Below, one piece after another: positions 10,313-19,364 of a DNA stretch of 64,000 nt. The first letter of the stretch is position 1. Each line of letters opens with the position of its first letter. Both the position numbers and the translations under genes were made by a program. The notes under the pieces are model-generated. The model was not told the DNA's origin. It did no database searches and saw only the letters and a list, made by a program, of their open reading frames with translations. The stretch comes from an uncultured Chromatiales bacterium (GTDB taxonomy: Bacteria; Pseudomonadota; Gammaproteobacteria; DATFLL01): assembly GCA_964561765.1 (NCBI GenBank), contig CAZLQI010000009.1, positions 37,266 through 101,265 on the forward strand. The letters are read 5' to 3'.

Positions 10313-10980
10313 ACAGGCGTCCTGACCTTATGCGTGTCCTGGTTGCGCTCCTGTTGGTGTTCGCGCTTGCGGGCTGCTCTTCCAAGAGTGCGGTCTCCCA
10401 CACCCGCGGGGTCTACATGCTCATTGACACCTCAGGGACTTATACCAATGAGTTGCAGAAGGCACAAAATATTGTCGACTACGTGCTGTCCAAGCTCAAC
10501 CCGGGTGATTCTTTTGCTGTGGCGCGTATCGATACCGGCAGTTTCAGTCAGAAAAATATCATAGCCAAGATGACGTTTGATGATCGCCCCAGTATGGCCA
10601 ATGCGGAGAAGCGCGAGTTTCGCGAGACCATCGATAAATTCATCAAGCACGTGAGACCGAGCGCTTACACGGATGTCACCGGCGGTATCCTGCAGGCCAT
10701 CGAGTTTCTCAACGAGGTGAACCCGGGCCACAAGACCATCCTGATCTTCTCCGACCTCAAGCAAGATCTGAAGAAAGGCTATGTGCGCAACATTCCTCTC
10801 CAGCTCAACGGTTTCGATGTGATCGCACTCAATGTCACCAAATTGCGCAGCGACAATGTTGATCCCCGCGAGTACATGAACAGGTTGAAGGAATGGCGCA
10901 AGAAGGTCGTGGCGGGCGGTGGTCATTGGCGCGTCATCAATGACCTGGAACGTATGGAGGGAATCTTCCCTAATCCATAG
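10309..10980 (+). CDS. VWA (von Willebrand factor A) domain lipoprotein
   Basis: Signal peptide plus lipobox LLVFALAGCSS; MIDAS motif DxSxS (YMLIDTSGT) with downstream TDVTGG and IFSDLKQD elements typical of VWA; translationally coupled to the upstream membrane protein. Confidence 0.75.
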   Translation: MNRRPDLMRVLVALLLVFALAGCSSKSAVSHTRGVYMLIDTSGTYTNELQKAQNIVDYVLSKLNPGDSFAVARIDTGSFSQKNIIAKMTFDDRPSMANAEKREFRETIDKFIKHVRPSAYTDVTGGILQAIEFLNEVNPGHKTILIFSDLKQDLKKGYVRNIPLQLNGFDVIALNVTKLRSDNVDPREYMNRLKEWRKKVVAGGGHWRVINDLERMEGIFPNP

Positions 10981-11020
10981 ATTATGGTCAGTGATAGCGT
11001 GGGACGACACGCCTTTTCAT

Positions 11021-11057
11021 AAAAAAACCCGTGATGGTATACCGCGGGTTTTTTTAT
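11021..11057. terminator. bidirectional rho-independent terminator (A7 - GC hairpin - T7)
   Basis: aaaaaaaCCCGtgatggtataccgCGGGttttttt, between convergent genes ending at 10980 (+) and 11087 (-). Confidence 0.5.
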
Positions 11058-11086
11058 GGGCTGATCGAAGTGCGATTGAATGCTGA

Positions 11087-12319
11087 CTATTGAATGCGTG
11101 ACAGGACCCGTTCCAGTGCGCCGGATTGCGCCTGTGCCCACTGTCGGCCCTGCTCGGACAACCGGCGTGACCGGGTCTCGTCGCTGATCAGTTGGTATGC
11201 GGCTTCGACCAGAGCGTGGTCATTATCGACGCCAATGATCGCGCCCGCAGCGAGGGCTGCACGTACCACAGGATCATGGTGTACGGGGCCGACGATGACC
11301 GGACATGCCAGGCTCAGGGGCGTCAAGATATCGGGGGTGTGGCCCGCCATCTCGCTGAGGCTGCCACCGGCGACGACGAAGTCCGCACAGCGGTAGAGCG
11401 CCGTCAGTGTCTGTGGGTCTTCGATGTAGTAGACGCGACTCTTGATGGGTACGAATGAGGTGCTCAAACGGTTGTGCCGGTTGGTGGGTAGGTGGTACTT
11501 GAGGGCATCACGGTAGACCGGTTCGTAGCGTTCGCCATCCCGGGGTGCCAGCGCGAGCAGGCCCATTTTGCGCCGTATCAAAGTGAAGAAGGCGCCATAG
11601 GCGATGGCCTCCTCACCGGCGCCGGTGGCGGCAAAATAGCCGATCCAGCGCCCATTCTTGCGGTGCGCGCGAAAGCGCTCACAGAGGCCGTCAATACCCG
11701 CTGGTTTGGGTAGTTGCGTGATGCCGAGCAGGGGATCGCCGGTCAGTTCGGTATCGGCCATGTGGGTGACGTCGGCGGGATCGGCGCTCAACAGAGCCTG
11801 GGCGCGGGGCATTTTGGTGACATGGCGGGGCACGTTGACCCAGAACAGCGGTGCACGGGTGGCTGTGGCGATCGTCTCGCTATGGGGTATGTCACCAAGC
11901 AGGATGAGGCGCACTGGTGCGAGCCTGGCCAAGGCCCTGCGCAGGGCCACAGGATGGGCAGGGAGTGGCACATACGGCATGGCTTGCGTCGATGACGCGG
12001 TGGGTGGTGCGTCAAAGCCGGCGCTGGCAACGCGCCCGAAACGTGCCTGTAACCCGGCCAGCAGGTCGTGGGCCTGCGCCAGGGTGGCACTGTCGCCGAT
12101 CAGCACTGTGGCCTCGCGCGCCACGCACGGGTGCGTCCCGAATCCCATACGCGCAAATAGTGACATGAGCGAGCCCATTGAATAAAAAACCGGTATTATA
12201 CGGACATGGGCGTCAAATGCCACGAGAGGAATAGCCGCCTGCGAGGGTATCGCCACGGTTCCAACAACGGCGCATGCAATTGCGATTGTCTCGCGGGCAT
12301 CGGGTACAGCGATTGCCAC
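11087..12319 (-). CDS. GT30-family glycosyltransferase, Kdo-transferase (WaaA/KdtA)-like with a divergent N-terminal domain
   Basis: C-terminal half aligns with KdtA (RWIGYFAATGAGEE ~ RPVWIASSTHEGEE; FVVAGGSLSEMAGHTPDILTPL...VIVGPVHHD ~ FVGGSLVERGGHNPLEAAAH...VLMGPHTFN; GALERVLSRI ~ GALQRLLQLL); the N-terminal HAASVGE-type motif is not recognisable; the start could instead be the internal Met at 12178. Confidence 0.55.
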   Translation of the reverse strand: MAIAVPDARETIAIACAVVGTVAIPSQAAIPLVAFDAHVRIIPVFYSMGSLMSLFARMGFGTHPCVAREATVLIGDSATLAQAHDLLAGLQARFGRVASAGFDAPPTASSTQAMPYVPLPAHPVALRRALARLAPVRLILLGDIPHSETIATATRAPLFWVNVPRHVTKMPRAQALLSADPADVTHMADTELTGDPLLGITQLPKPAGIDGLCERFRAHRKNGRWIGYFAATGAGEEAIAYGAFFTLIRRKMGLLALAPRDGERYEPVYRDALKYHLPTNRHNRLSTSFVPIKSRVYYIEDPQTLTALYRCADFVVAGGSLSEMAGHTPDILTPLSLACPVIVGPVHHDPVVRAALAAGAIIGVDNDHALVEAAYQLISDETRSRRLSEQGRQWAQAQSGALERVLSRIQ

Positions 12320-12497
12320 GTGTCGGAGCGGGTTGTTACCATGAACGTGGATTGCAGGTCTGGAACGGAGACTGCGGTTGTGACGTTATATGCCAGTACC
12401 GTAGGCAGAGTGGGCAAGGTCGGCGAATGTAACCGCAGGGCGTTAACGTGTCCTTCACGGCAGTCGGTTCCAAAGTGGGTATGTTAAAGCCGGGCAC

Positions 12498-13061
12498 GTG
12501 TCTGCCGATAAACTGCTATGGTTCGCGCCGGGGATATGTGCACTGGCGTACTGGCATGGTGAGGGCATTTTCAGCAGTGTTGAGCAAGTCTTACAATCGG
12601 ACAAATTCATGAGCCATACGATTCCAGTCGGGCGCACACGCCACCCCATGTGGTTCTATGAGCGGAACTATGCCCTGTTGCATCGACTCGTACCGGGCGG
12701 ATTGAGTCTGGGTGAGGATGTCCTGCTGGCTGCCCGCGAGAGTGGTCTGTTGCGTTTTCGTGTCGAGGAACAGTGCAAATATACCCTGACGGTTGGCATC
12801 ACTCACGCGTTTAGTGTCCGATCGGCGGCGGTGAACGAGCTGTATTTGCAGGTAAGAATCTATTGTGATGCCAGTGTGGCTGAAGTGATGGGTTATCAGG
12901 GGCATTGGCGATTTCTGCCTACCTATGATTACCCTAATGAAAACATGTTTTTACCCGATGAGAAACGACAAGTCAATTTTCTGCTCTATGAATTATTGTG
13001 CCATTTCATGACGCGAAATCGTCAGTTTGTGGACATGACCGTCGATACTGTAGGTAGCTGA
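12498..13061 (+). CDS. DUF1249 family protein (YqiB-like)
   Basis: RIYCDASVAEVMGYQGHWRFLPTYDYPNENMFLPDEKRQVNFLLYELL aligns with E. coli YqiB ([48 protein letters not shown]); the true start is possibly the Met at 12609. Confidence 0.7.
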   Translation: MSADKLLWFAPGICALAYWHGEGIFSSVEQVLQSDKFMSHTIPVGRTRHPMWFYERNYALLHRLVPGGLSLGEDVLLAARESGLLRFRVEEQCKYTLTVGITHAFSVRSAAVNELYLQVRIYCDASVAEVMGYQGHWRFLPTYDYPNENMFLPDEKRQVNFLLYELLCHFMTRNRQFVDMTVDTVGS

Positions 13062-13062
13062 C

Positions 13063-13848
13063 ATGAATGTGCCTGAGAAAAGAGGGTGTGACTCGAACGC
13101 CGCGTGCGCCCTTGACGCGACCTTCGTGTCCTGCAAGTGGCGTGGAATTGGCCGCGTCATGTTGTTGTGCGTTGCGCTGAGTGTGCCCGTGGGGGCAGTG
13201 GCCGCTAATGCAGCTCAGGCCCTGCAAGCGCAGCAAGTCGGTGATTTCGCTACCGCGATGCACGTGTGGATGTCATTGGCGCAAGGCGGTGATCCGGTGG
13301 CGGAGTACAATCTCGGTTTGCTGTACCGCCATGGACAGGGCGTGGCGCAGAGTGTTGCTCAGGCACGGCATTGGTTTACCCTTGCGGCCAGTCACGGGTT
13401 GGCTGATGCCTATGCCATGCTGGGTCAGGTACCGGCCGCTCTACAGGCCAGCGCCCAGGCGCCTGCGATGCGCAGTCCGAACGCGCCACAGGTCAGCGCC
13501 AATGTGCCTGCGAGGCAGACATCGACAGGTGTAGCACCAGGCGCCAGTGTGGCGCAGGGTGCACAGAGGTGGATCAGGCAACAAAGCCCGAGCCACTACA
13601 CCCTCCAGTTGGCGAGCAGCAAGAACGTGAGTCTGATCGAGAAATACATCTCTGCTAATAACCTTGAGGGGCGAGCAGGCTATTACAAGAGTCGGCGAGG
13701 TGGCGAGGATTGGTATGCCTTGGTCTACGGCAGCTACGCCTCCTTGGCCACTGCGAAGGCGGCCATCGCCAGTTTACCCGCGAGTCTGCGCAAGTGGTCA
13801 CCGTGGGTACGCAAGTATGCCGATATCCAGCATATCATGGCGCGTTGA
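13063..13848 (+). CDS. Sel1-repeat / SPOR-domain periplasmic protein
   Basis: Sel1-like repeats (AEYNLGLLYRHGQGVAQSVAQARHWFTLAASHG) and a C-terminal SPOR domain (HYTLQLASSKNVSLIEKYI...WYALVYGSYASLATAKAAIASLP); signal-peptide-like MLLCVALSVPVGAVAANA suggests a start near 13159. Confidence 0.7.
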   Translation: MNVPEKRGCDSNAACALDATFVSCKWRGIGRVMLLCVALSVPVGAVAANAAQALQAQQVGDFATAMHVWMSLAQGGDPVAEYNLGLLYRHGQGVAQSVAQARHWFTLAASHGLADAYAMLGQVPAALQASAQAPAMRSPNAPQVSANVPARQTSTGVAPGASVAQGAQRWIRQQSPSHYTLQLASSKNVSLIEKYISANNLEGRAGYYKSRRGGEDWYALVYGSYASLATAKAAIASLPASLRKWSPWVRKYADIQHIMAR

Positions 13849-13860
13849 GTCAGCGTCGAC

Positions 13861-14304
13861 TCAGTCCTGAGTGTGTCCACCGCACTGTCTTGCCATGTTC
13901 ATGATGCGCTGCGCAGCGCGTGTTTCGGTCTTACCAGCGACCTTCACCGCCTGTGCATAGCCATGCAGAAATGCGGGCAGACGTTGTACCACCAGTGCCT
14001 TGCGGGCGCGGCTGACGCCCTGCACCGCCCAGGCAACGCGCCAGTCCGCATTAGGCAGGGCGTCGCAGATCTTCAGGCTCCAGGTCGGTTGACGCAGGGT
14101 CCATTCATGGGCGCGCACCACCAGCCGATAGACCGTCTCTTTGCCCTCCACACCGACACCGGGGCCGATGTACTCGACTTCAAGGGCGGGGGCCAATTGT
14201 TCGAATTCCGCGTCCAGCGCAGCCAGCGCGATATCCAGTGCCTGTGTGATGGCCACAGGCGTGGTCTGACTCAGTTTGGCAAGGACATCCATATAGTCAG
14301 GCAT
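13861..14304 (-). CDS. hypothetical protein (147 aa)
   Basis: The start was set at the Met with a GGAG RBS 6 nt upstream (…aaaggGGAGcaacgATG); the longer track ORF extends into the probable 5' UTR; no family recognised. Confidence 0.5.
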   Translation of the reverse strand: MPDYMDVLAKLSQTTPVAITQALDIALAALDAEFEQLAPALEVEYIGPGVGVEGKETVYRLVVRAHEWTLRQPTWSLKICDALPNADWRVAWAVQGVSRARKALVVQRLPAFLHGYAQAVKVAGKTETRAAQRIMNMARQCGGHTQD

Positions 14305-14847
14305 CGTTGCTCCCCTTTCGGTGCAAATCCAAGGCGACGCAGTATAACAGCCCTCAGACGGGGAATCTGCGTCATCACTCACGGTCAGGTTGTCGTTAAT
14401 GCCCCACGCCAGGTAGACCCCGGTAACCTCAGGGTTCATCAAGACGTGCGCAGAAAGCAGATACCCCACACGGGCGGGTGCGTGCAACTGGAATGATGGT
14501 CACACGATAGGGCGGAAAGAGGGTGAATGTGCTTCACGGAAATAGTACATTTCATACGGGAATATACAGGATATATGCTAGTCGGCCTCCGCTTTACAGT
14601 GGGTGGTTTATCGAGTGCATGTGCTGCCAACAGCGACAAGACGCATTGCGTTATTTTGGGCATGGATTTAGCCCTATTTCTGTGCTAGACCTTTAAGTAG
14701 CTCTGTAACTCAGGTTACTGCCAAACAGGATTACAGCATGATAGGTTAGAGCCGTCCCTTAAAGCGAAGGAATTCAGCAATCCTTGTATTCATTTAAGGT
14801 GTGATCTGGGATGTTGTTGTAATCCTAACTACTAGGAGGGCATAGCC

Positions 14848-15495
14848 ATGAATACTGAAGACCTACATATGAAAGAAACCCTGATCGGCGGTGCCGGGGC
14901 GGAAGCGATTGCCGGCATTGGTGCTGTCGCCCTGAGCGTTATCGGGCTGGCACATGTATATCCCGATGTACTGCTTGCCATAAGCGGGATCGCCGTTGGT
15001 ATCGGGTTGTTGCTGGAAGGCAGCAGTCTTGCGGTAGAACACAGAAAGTTGTTGTCACTCATTGCCCCTGACAAACTGGAGCACATAAACGTCGACATGG
15101 GTATGAGTGTGGAGGTAATCGCTGGTCTGACCGCGGTGGTACTCGGCATACTCTCAGTACTGGCCCTGAATCCCGACGTCCTCATGCCCGCTGCTGCGAT
15201 TGTCGTGGGCACCGCCCTGCTACTTTCCAGTGGTACCACGGCGCGTCTTAACGCGTTGCGTCTGGCGGGCCAGGATGTAGAGGGTCCTGCCCTGCACGTA
15301 GCCCGTGAAATGGTCAACGGCTCGGCCATGACCGAAGTGTTGGTGGGCATCAGTGCTGTTGTACTCGGTATCCTGGCACTGATTGGTGTTGTGCCGACCG
15401 TATTGACCCTGGTCGCCTTCCTGGCCATTGGTGGCTCGCTGGCGCTGAGCGGTTCTGCGATCGGTGGACGCCTGTTTGGCGCCATCAAGGCCTAA
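14848..15495 (+). CDS. small integral membrane protein with three tandem ~50-aa internal repeats (six predicted TM helices), Gly/Ala-zipper rich
   Basis: Strong RBS ctAGGAGGgcatagccATG; repeat units E(A/V)I/LxGI/LxAVxLxxI/LxL...P(D/T)VL...AxIxVGxxLLLxSG occur three times; preceded by a 540-bp AT-rich region. Confidence 0.65.
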   Translation: MNTEDLHMKETLIGGAGAEAIAGIGAVALSVIGLAHVYPDVLLAISGIAVGIGLLLEGSSLAVEHRKLLSLIAPDKLEHINVDMGMSVEVIAGLTAVVLGILSVLALNPDVLMPAAAIVVGTALLLSSGTTARLNALRLAGQDVEGPALHVAREMVNGSAMTEVLVGISAVVLGILALIGVVPTVLTLVAFLAIGGSLALSGSAIGGRLFGAIKA

Positions 15496-15547
15496 ACCAG
15501 GTAGCGCAACCACGTTGGCTGACAATAGAGACTTCACTTAAATCGAC

Positions 15548-15591
15548 CAAGGGCCTATTGCGCAAAGACGACACGCGTCAATAGGCCCTTG
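15548..15591 (+). terminator. perfect 13-bp inverted repeat hairpin (CAAGGGCCTATTG...CAATAGGCCCTTG) downstream of the triplicated membrane protein gene; no U-tract
   Basis: Seen directly in the sequence; 18-nt loop; may be a terminator or other structured site. Confidence 0.4.
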
Positions 15592-15596
15592 CGCTC

Positions 15597-15704
15597 TGGT
15601 TCCATACGAACCTAAAAATCAAGAAAGCCGAAACTCTCTTCCCAGACGTTGATTATCTTCGTTTTCATCTCGTTCAATGTAAGCTCAAGACGATCAAGAA
15701 TATA
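15597..15704 (-). pseudogene. reverse transcriptase remnant (group II intron/retron-type RT domain 6-7 fragment)
   Basis: Translation MLRYILDRLELTLNEMKTKIINVWEESFGFLDF* matches the RT signature ...L.LNEEKTKI...(E)GFDFLGF, with the final motif corrupted and truncated; locally low GC; only about 35-55 codons remain. Confidence 0.4.
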
Positions 15705-15788
15705 TCTCAGCATGGACAGCGGTGTGACTGTCCTCCTGTGCAACTCAATCGAGTCTGAACCCCATTGATTGATCTCCGGTTGGGGGCA

Positions 15789-16655
15789 TCAACACGTGCC
15801 GACAGCCACCAGCATTTCGCAGGGGCCTTCGAACCGGGCGTGAGTTTCAAACTGTCTGAGTGCCTCCGCTATTTCCTGCCAGGTTTCATCTTTTTCTGTA
15901 TCGGACAGCGAAGCCATCATCTGATGCAATGCGCCGAATGATTCTTGTTCGAACTGTAAACATTCGACAGCGGATGCCAGCCGAATCGGCGCGTCAATGG
16001 CTTCCACCCGAATGTCTTTCAGTCCTGCCCGGTTGAACACATCGGTCAGAATATCCGCCGTGCCCAGGCTGAAGGGGCCGGGTTGGCCGGGCAGTGGGGC
16101 AGGCGGTTTGGCGCGGCGGCGGATGATGGAGACCGGAATGGAAAAGAACGGGTTCTTCTCTGCGGTAGCGTACACCATTGCAGCGATCTTGCCGCCTGGC
16201 TTGAGTTGCTGTTTCATTCCGAGCAGGGCCTTTTGCTGGTCGGGGAAATAGATCAGGCCAACACGCGAGATCACGGCATCGAACAGGTCGCCCTTCAACG
16301 TGTCCAGGCATTCGCCGTCGATGACACAGGCGTGGACATTGTTCAGCCCGGCCAGTTTTGCCGAGGCAGCGGCGTAGTCAAGAATGTTTGGCGACAGATC
16401 CGTGGCCAGCACATAGCCGGTGTCACCGACACGTTTGGCGGCGGTAATGGACTGCTCGCCTGCGCCGGCAGCCACATCGAGCACCCGGCTGCCGGTGGTG
16501 ATTTCGCACATATCCAGCATGGTGTCGGTGGCTGGACCCAGCCAGCGGTTCAGCAAGGGGCTCCAACGGTGCCAAGCCTCGGCTGCGCTGTTCCATTGTT
16601 CCAGAGTGGTTTTCTTGTATTGTTCGGCGTTGAATTGCGATGGGTTTTTGGTCAT
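15789..16655 (-). CDS. class I SAM-dependent methyltransferase
   Basis: Motif I VLDVAAGAGEQS and post-I acidic residue ATDLSP; Methyltransf_11/25-like fold; 288 aa. Confidence 0.8.
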   Translation of the reverse strand: MTKNPSQFNAEQYKKTTLEQWNSAAEAWHRWSPLLNRWLGPATDTMLDMCEITTGSRVLDVAAGAGEQSITAAKRVGDTGYVLATDLSPNILDYAAASAKLAGLNNVHACVIDGECLDTLKGDLFDAVISRVGLIYFPDQQKALLGMKQQLKPGGKIAAMVYATAEKNPFFSIPVSIIRRRAKPPAPLPGQPGPFSLGTADILTDVFNRAGLKDIRVEAIDAPIRLASAVECLQFEQESFGALHQMMASLSDTEKDETWQEIAEALRQFETHARFEGPCEMLVAVGTC

Positions 16656-16775
16656 GATTCAGTTCCTCCTGACTTGTTGTGTCACGGTATGAGAAAGCTT
16701 ACCCTGTCCGTAAATAGATGCCATTCTCTAAATATGGAAACATGATGTGCAAATTTGCACAGATGACTACGGCCA

Positions 16776-17648
16776 ATGAATTGGGATGACATGCGCCTGT
16801 TTCTGGCGGTGGCGCGCACCGGTTCGATCAGTGGTGCCGGGCGCCAACTGGGGGTGCAGCACTCCACGGTGTCGCGGCGGATGCGGCAACTGGAGGAAAG
16901 ACTGGGCGCGCGTCTGATCGAGCGCAAGAAAACCAGTTACGAACTCACCGCCGCCGGTGAGAAAATCAAGCTGGCTGCTGAACGCATGGAAAGCGAAATC
17001 CTGTCGGTGGACGGTTCGGTGCTGGGAAGGGATGCCCGGCTGGTCGGCCCGCTGCGCGTGACCGCGATCAACAATATGGCCTCATCCATCCTGATGCCAA
17101 TGTTCGCCGCATTCAGCCGGAAGCACCCGGGGGTGGAACTGCATATCATTGTATCCAACACCTATGCCAGCCTGCCGCAACGCGAAGCCGATGTCGCCAT
17201 TCGCCTGACCAACCGCCCAACTGATACCCTGATAGGCACGCGTGCAGTAGCCGTTGCTTCGACTGTTTATGGCAGCCGTGACTATCTGGCTGAAATCGGC
17301 AGACAAGGTACCCGGCCAAAATGGTTGGGTGTGGAATGTTGTAATTTTCATCGCACATGGACAAAACAGCAATGTGACGGTCAGGCATATACGTTTTACA
17401 GTGACGATACCTTATTAACCCTGGCCGCGTTAAAGCAGGGGCTGGGGGTATCCTATCTTCCCTGCTTTATGGGCGATACCGAACCACAGTTGGAACGTGT
17501 TGGCGAACCGGATGCGGCACGTGATCTAGGACTGTGGATTTTGATGCACCCTGATTTTAAGCACACGGCAAGAGTGCTGGCATTTCGCGAATTCATACTG
17601 GATGCGATAAAACAGCAATCGGCGGTTTTTGAAGGACAGCTTAACTGA
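16776..17648 (+). CDS. LysR-family transcriptional regulator
   Basis: N-terminal wHTH MRLFLAVARTGSISGAGRQLGVQHSTVSRRMRQLEERLGARLIER plus a LysR substrate-binding domain; divergent from the methyltransferase. Confidence 0.9.
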   Translation: MNWDDMRLFLAVARTGSISGAGRQLGVQHSTVSRRMRQLEERLGARLIERKKTSYELTAAGEKIKLAAERMESEILSVDGSVLGRDARLVGPLRVTAINNMASSILMPMFAAFSRKHPGVELHIIVSNTYASLPQREADVAIRLTNRPTDTLIGTRAVAVASTVYGSRDYLAEIGRQGTRPKWLGVECCNFHRTWTKQQCDGQAYTFYSDDTLLTLAALKQGLGVSYLPCFMGDTEPQLERVGEPDAARDLGLWILMHPDFKHTARVLAFREFILDAIKQQSAVFEGQLN

Positions 17649-17903
17649 CGGCTGAATCCGTGAGTCCATCACCCAAGCTCTTGATCCGTTTTTCCTACTT
17701 CAATCCTCTTGCAAAACGCTCGGAAATGAACGCATGGAGTCTGCTATTGGTAGAGAAAAGACGGCAAAGAACTGGAAGCGTTCATGGAAGCTAAGGGTGA
17801 TTGGGACGATGACCCCTGAGCGGGAACAAGTACTTTCGGCTCTCTAACCACAGAGAGCAGGAAGTAAACCTATGTGATGCAGGATCAACTACGACTCGGG
17901 TTA

Positions 17904-18600
17904 TAGCTGCGCCTTGGGCACCTATCCACCGGTAGCAAGCCGTTTGTCGTAGATAATGCCTTTTCCTTCCTGCTGGTCATGGTTCGGTCCCTCGACGTAC
18001 TGGTAGGGAATGAGTCCGTCGATGCGCTCAAATCCAGCTTCATCCAGCATATCGGTCAGATATCCCGCCAGGGGGCTGATATCGGCATAATGGAAAGTGC
18101 CATCAATCTCCAGCCTTGCCCAGCATCGGTGAATATCACCAATGGATTTGTTTCTATCTCATTCTACGCTCGGAAACTGTCGGGGTGGTGCCGGGGCCGT
18201 CATTGTGGCAGACACCGCACTGATGCGGTTCGACTGTGTATGCCAGCACACGGCCGCTGAAATTAACGGTGTCGCGCCATTCACTCACCAGCCGGTAATG
18301 GTTATCCTCTTGTCTGGCGAGGATTGAATGCGCGAAATCCACTGGCATCTTGGCGCCAACTATTTGGGTCAAAATGGTGCTTTGTTCTTCCCGGTATGAT
18401 ATTTCAGATATTCTTGTGCTATGTCTTCGTGATAGGTTGACACCGCTCCGTTACGACCTGTTCGATACGTTTCAGCTCTGGATAGGCGCCGTAGCGTGCC
18501 TCTACTTCCTCCCGTGCAGAGCCGAGGTGTTTTTGTAAACCGGGTGCAATCTCTTTCACGAGCTTACCCAGGAATTGCGACCGTATCGCACATACTGTTT
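17904..18600 (-). pseudogene. frameshifted gene remnant of unknown function (three consecutive reading-frame fragments)
   Basis: Minus-strand fragments ...FLGKLVKEIAPGLQKHLGSAREEVEARYGAYPELKRIEQVV.. / ..ILARQEDNHYRLVSEWRDTVNFSGRVLAYTVEPH.. / ..ARLEIDGTFHYADISPLAGYLTDMLDEAGFERIDGLIPYQYVEGPNHDQQ.. abut in different frames; the region lacks any long intact ORF and has reduced GC. Confidence 0.3.
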
Positions 18601-18687
18601 GGTCAGTGTGTCCCCGTCAGGGGGTACACCGTCCTGTACCTGCGCTTATCCTGGTGGTGTGGTTCAGGTTTCTTTGATGAGTGATGA

Positions 18688-19212
<525 letters not shown>

Positions 19213-19364
19213 GTCGATACAAACCTTTACTGATAATCATCGGCAAATAATGACTGGTTGTGGCTATGTAATCGCTTGCTCTGTTTCATGGCATCTGCTC
19301 AAATAGCCGCGGCTCGTTATTGTGTCTGCGAGTCCCTGCTCGTTTACCAAGGTTCTGTTTCCTC

